Assembly: GCA_027001995.1 (NCBI GenBank)
Contig: JALTLO010000051.1
Span: 1-21,540 of the forward strand
Reading direction: 5' to 3'
Source of the DNA: Planctomycetota bacterium
GTDB lineage: Bacteria > Planctomycetota > GCA-002687715 > DRQF01
Length of the DNA: 21,540 nt
The notes under the pieces are model-generated. The model made no database searches, was not told where the DNA came from, and was given only the letters and a program-made list of their open reading frames with translations. This document shows positions 17,908 to 21,540 of this stretch, piece after piece. Both the position numbers and the translations under genes were made by a program. How positions within the stretch are numbered: position 1 is the first letter of the stretch; each line of letters starts with the position of its first letter.

Positions 17908-18573
17908 TTAGAGGACCTTATCGAGCTTCGCCGTCATGACATCTGGGTCGCCAAAAACGAGCAATCGATCGCCGACTTCGAGAACAACTCCTGCCAAGTT
18001 TGTGACTTCAGATGTGAGAGCCTCCCGCCCTTGGTCCTTTCGCTTCACTCCAATCACGACATTGCACTCACCCAGAAGGGCACGCCATGTTTCTGGCAAC
18101 GTCAGAGGTTCGGGCAACATGATTTCTGCCACACCGACCTTGGGCCCCGTATAGGTAAAACTCTGAATTCGAGAATCCCCCAAAACCACTGCCAGATTCT
18201 TTGCCAACTCCAAACCGGGAGTCACCACACGATTGGCACCGATCTTTGTCAAGATGCTGGCCCGCACTTCCGTGGTTGCCACATTCGTAATCGACTTGGC
18301 ACCTAAGTCTTTAAGAGCCAAAGTGGTTCTTTCTGCTACTTCGAATCGATGGCCCATGCACACAATGATGTGATCGAACTTATCAATCCCAAGTCCTTCC
18401 AGTGCGGCCCTTTCCGTTGAATCCACTTGCATCACATGAGGGATCTCATGGCACATGCGGTTGACACGTTCCTCGGAAATGTCAATCAAAGTCACCTTGT
18501 GACTACGTTGATAAAGTTCGCGCCCCAGACTGCGTCCCAGGGCATTAAGTCCAATTACCAGAAAAGACGTCAT
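17908..18573 (-). CDS. TrkA/KtrA-like RCK regulatory protein
   Basis: Rossmann-like N-terminus (VIGLNALG...VTLID), DSTERAALEGLGI, ILTKIGANRVVTP and a short RCK_C-like tail (VIGVKR...LEVGDRLLVFG). Confidence 0.85.
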   Translation of the reverse strand: MTSFLVIGLNALGRSLGRELYQRSHKVTLIDISEERVNRMCHEIPHVMQVDSTERAALEGLGIDKFDHIIVCMGHRFEVAERTTLALKDLGAKSITNVATTEVRASILTKIGANRVVTPGLELAKNLAVVLGDSRIQSFTYTGPKVGVAEIMLPEPLTLPETWRALLGECNVVIGVKRKDQGREALTSEVTNLAGVVLEVGDRLLVFGDPDVMTAKLDKVL

Positions 18574-18581
18574 GATTTAGT

Positions 18582-19628
18582 CTAAGACACGAGGTCTTTG
18601 CCTTCATCTTCCTTAAGATTCAAACGTTCGAGCATGCGAGTTGTCAGCTCAAGACGTAGTTGCTCAAAATCTTCTTTGCCAGCATCCGACATTTTCACCC
18701 GAGCCGCTGCCATGGTGTTGTGTCCCCCAGCCTGCCCCAATTCATTGACAACTTTGCGGATAAACACGCCGGCATCACCTTTGGGCTCATTCGTGCGGAC
18801 GGAGACATAGACAAGACTTTCGAACCAGCCCATACACACAGACCAACTGGCATCCTCGACCTTCAGGAGCAAGTCAGCAATCTCGGCGACCATGTCGGGG
18901 TAAGGAAGCTCGCCAATGTGCGTGACAACAAGGTTGCCGTAGACCCGTGCCTTGTCGATGGCATTCTTTAGGTCGCGAAAATAGGTTCCTGTCAATGGCG
19001 GCGCTTCGATCGCCATGAGCTTTTCGTGATCGACAAAGGGCAGCAAATATTCATAGGCAGCCCGGTCAGCGTCGGATGTCCTACGGGTCAAACCGAGAGT
19101 ATCGGTCTTAATGCCGTAGAAGAGTGCTGTCGCCACTGTGCTGCTAGGAACCACCGAGAATAATTTTAGATAGTCAGTCATGATGGTCGAAGTGGCACCA
19201 ATTCCGGGCCTGACATCAAAGAAAGGCAAGTCCTCAGTGGATTCCACAAAAGGATGATGATCGACACAAGCTACGACTGGGACATCTTGCTCTTCCAAGT
19301 CCTCAGGATTGAATCCGAATTGGGGCTGAGCATCCACCAAGATTGCCGCCGTGAAGTCTTGGTCTTCGACATCGAGAAAATGCTGGAGTTCCGGTGCTAG
19401 GCGTCTACGCATTTCGCGATTCTGGGCCCGACCAATGATGCCTCGATAGCAGAGCTGCACAACTTTTCCGAAACGACTCTCCAAGAGTTGCTTCATGGCC
19501 AAGCCAGAAGCAATGCTATCTGGATCTGGATTCATATGACAGAACACAATCACATTGTCATGTCCGTCTAAGACTTCCACCAGGGCCTTTGGATCGGCTC
19601 CTAAGCTCTTTTTTTGAGGTTCGGTCAA
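18582..19628 (-). CDS. DHH/DHHA1 phosphoesterase (NrnA/nanoRNase/PAP-phosphatase-like)
   Basis: Motifs HMNPDPDSIAS, LVD, VDHH, GIKTDT, VSVRT and AGGHNTMAAA. TTG 19628 has AGGAG 9 nt upstream, so it is preferred over the track's GTG 19652. Confidence 0.9.
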   Translation of the reverse strand: MTEPQKKSLGADPKALVEVLDGHDNVIVFCHMNPDPDSIASGLAMKQLLESRFGKVVQLCYRGIIGRAQNREMRRRLAPELQHFLDVEDQDFTAAILVDAQPQFGFNPEDLEEQDVPVVACVDHHPFVESTEDLPFFDVRPGIGATSTIMTDYLKLFSVVPSSTVATALFYGIKTDTLGLTRRTSDADRAAYEYLLPFVDHEKLMAIEAPPLTGTYFRDLKNAIDKARVYGNLVVTHIGELPYPDMVAEIADLLLKVEDASWSVCMGWFESLVYVSVRTNEPKGDAGVFIRKVVNELGQAGGHNTMAAARVKMSDAGKEDFEQLRLELTTRMLERLNLKEDEGKDLVS

Positions 19629-19912
19629 ATGTCTTGGCTCCTGGCGCCCCACAAAAGAAACACCCCTGACTCACCCACTCTGCAAGAAGCTGGATCGAGG
19701 TTCAACATGCTGGATTTTTGGGGAGACACCTCACCCAATTTCGCTTCAATCTGAAGCTCACACTACTGGGACCAGGAGACCTTAACCCCCTATTGAGCCA
19801 AAAGATAGGACAGGATATGTCGAAAAAAACAAAAAAACATGGCATCAAAGGAACATTTTGGGGGGAATCACCGGCGAGGAAGGCCCACCCCAAGAACTCG
19901 CCCCCATCTCCT

Positions 19913-21349
19913 TCAGACCCGCAGTTCTTCCGCTTCTACTCCTTCATCGTGATGAGCATCCAGGATGGGATCAACTTCTTCGGCAATGAATTGGGCCACT
20001 TGTGCCGGCGCCCGCCCGATGAAACGAGAAGCCTCCAACAGAGATTCCGCCTCTTCACGCTCAAGATCAAAAGCATCATCCCCCATGAGCCGCTCAAGGA
20101 AATCATTGGCACCGCCTTCATTCTTCATTTTGTCAGCAGCAGCCATGGCATGGGTTCTAATCACCTCGTGTAACTCCTGCCGATCCCCACCCTTGGCGGC
20201 GGCACGCATCATCAACTCTTCACTGGCGATGAACGGCACGTGTTCCTTGAGATGGCGAGCAATCACGGCGTCTCGAACCACAAGACCATCTGTGACATTG
20301 GCGGCAATGATCAGGATGGCATCCGCAGCCATAAAGGCCAGCGGAAGGCTCAACCGTCGATTAGCGGAATCGTCCAAGGTTCGCTCTAACCATTGGGCTG
20401 ACTCGGTGTAAGCGGTGTTTTCGTTCATCGAAATCAAAAAGCGCGACAATGAGCCAATGCGCTCGCAGCGCATGGGGTTACGCTTGTAGGCCATGGCCGA
20501 AGATCCGATCTGCTTCTTTTCGAAAGGCTCTTCAATTTCTCGCAGATGGCAAAGGAGACGAATATCATTGCTGAACTTATGCAGGGATTGAGCCACCGCC
20601 GAAAGAGAACTCACCACGCGGCTATCCATTTTCCGAGTGTAGGTCTGGCCGGTAACAATGAATCGACGGTCAAAATCCATCTTCTTGGTGACCAAGCGGT
20701 CTAGCTCTTCCACCTTGGTTTCATCACCATCGAATAGTTTCATGAAACTATCCTGGGTGCCGGTTGTCCCTTTCACACCCCGAAAACGAATGGCCTCTCG
20801 AGCCTGCTCCAATTCGCAGTGATCCAACACCAAATCTTGCAGCCACAAAGAAGCGCGCTTTCCGACGGTGGTAAATTGAGCCGGTTGAAAATGGGTATAT
20901 CCCACACAGGGCTTGTCTGCTTGAGCCAAGCAAAACGTTTTCAAATTGGCGATCACACGTCGCAAGCGAATCAAAATCTGATCCATGCTTTCCCGCAGTA
21001 GGATGGCATCCGTGTTGTCCGTGACATAACAACTGGTCGCACCCAAGTGAATGATCTTGCCAGCATCTGGCATTTGTTCCCGCCAAGTGTGGACATGAGC
21101 CATGACATCGTGCCGTAATTCCCGCTCAAAAGACGCTGCTCTCTCGAAATCAATATCATCGACTGAGTTTTTCAGTTGAAGAACTTGATCTTCGCTGATG
21201 TCCAACCCCAATTCCATCTCAGATTCTGCCAGGGCGATCCAGAGCTTCCGCCAGGTCGAGAACTTCTTCTGAGGCGACCACAAAGAGACCATGGACGCAC
21301 TGGCATAGCGATCAACAAGGGGATTCGAATAACGACTGGCATCAAACAT
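19913..21349 (-). CDS. purB: Adenylosuccinate lyase
   Basis: Motifs RHDVMAHVH, IHLGATS, GYTHFQPAQ, signature GSSAMAYKRNPMRCE and QWLERTLDDSA. AGGAG ribosome-binding site upstream. Confidence 0.97.
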   Translation of the reverse strand: MFDASRYSNPLVDRYASASMVSLWSPQKKFSTWRKLWIALAESEMELGLDISEDQVLQLKNSVDDIDFERAASFERELRHDVMAHVHTWREQMPDAGKIIHLGATSCYVTDNTDAILLRESMDQILIRLRRVIANLKTFCLAQADKPCVGYTHFQPAQFTTVGKRASLWLQDLVLDHCELEQAREAIRFRGVKGTTGTQDSFMKLFDGDETKVEELDRLVTKKMDFDRRFIVTGQTYTRKMDSRVVSSLSAVAQSLHKFSNDIRLLCHLREIEEPFEKKQIGSSAMAYKRNPMRCERIGSLSRFLISMNENTAYTESAQWLERTLDDSANRRLSLPLAFMAADAILIIAANVTDGLVVRDAVIARHLKEHVPFIASEELMMRAAAKGGDRQELHEVIRTHAMAAADKMKNEGGANDFLERLMGDDAFDLEREEAESLLEASRFIGRAPAQVAQFIAEEVDPILDAHHDEGVEAEELRV

Positions 21350-21540
21350 CAGATTCTCCTGCTTTCAGTTTCTCCAAGATCCGCCCCACCATTGGGGCCA
21401 CCCAGGGGAAAGCAGGCAACATTAACAATCTGAGAAGAAGTCAAAACCGGTGCCCACTCACGATCGTGTCCAATTCCCGGCCATCAAAGCTCCAGGAAAG
21501 CACCCCGAGCCCCTGAGAACATTCACCCGCCACCTTATCC

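Noticed and set aside
19653..19912. 260-bp purB-DHH intergenic region with a GGCGAG/CTCGCC inverted repeat and A/T tracts (riboswitch or terminator?)
   Set aside because: The stem is short with a large loop and is not directly followed by a U-tract. I recognised no riboswitch consensus.
1330..21433. Numerous 60-170 aa track ORFs antisense or out of frame to the large genes
   Set aside because: They lie within well-supported CDSs and have no independent motifs, so they are treated as shadow ORFs.
21450..21540. Plus-strand frame open to the window edge (...PLRTFTRHLI), possibly the start of a divergent gene
   Set aside because: Too short and truncated to support a call.
1..21540. CRISPR array, tRNA/rRNA, reverse transcriptase or defence-system genes
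   Set aside because: No regularly spaced repeats, cloverleaf or rRNA signatures, or corresponding protein motifs were seen by eye.

Overview
Bacterial chromosomal window, mostly minus-strand housekeeping and accessory genes. Left end (1-758): mobile-element debris. A DDE transposase on the minus strand runs off the window and is absent from the ORF track. It is preceded by the 3' stub of its small partner gene, which is fused back-to-back with the 3' stub of an IS66-type transposase. Next is a translationally coupled three-gene operon: LKR/saccharopine-dehydrogenase-like enzyme, sodium:solute symporter, GH3 NagZ. A small divergent flagellar-rod-C-terminal-like gene follows, behind a sigma28-like promoter. 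Two tandem ~1100-aa paralogous membrane proteins come next, each with a Thr-type sulfatase-like domain. After a lipoprotein gene lies a ~470-bp intergenic region holding a candidate C-rich-loop small RNA with a strong intrinsic terminator. The right part has a tightly coupled seven-gene operon (DHH phosphoesterase, RCK/TrkA-like protein, family III CoA-transferase, amidohydrolase, tdk, thiD, membrane-anchored hypothetical) and purB. I saw no rRNA, tRNA or CRISPR array. The best novelty candidates are the unannotated structured sRNA, the tandem sulfatase-like pair and the DHH plus orphan RCK pair. All calls come from motif recognition by eye; no database searches were run.
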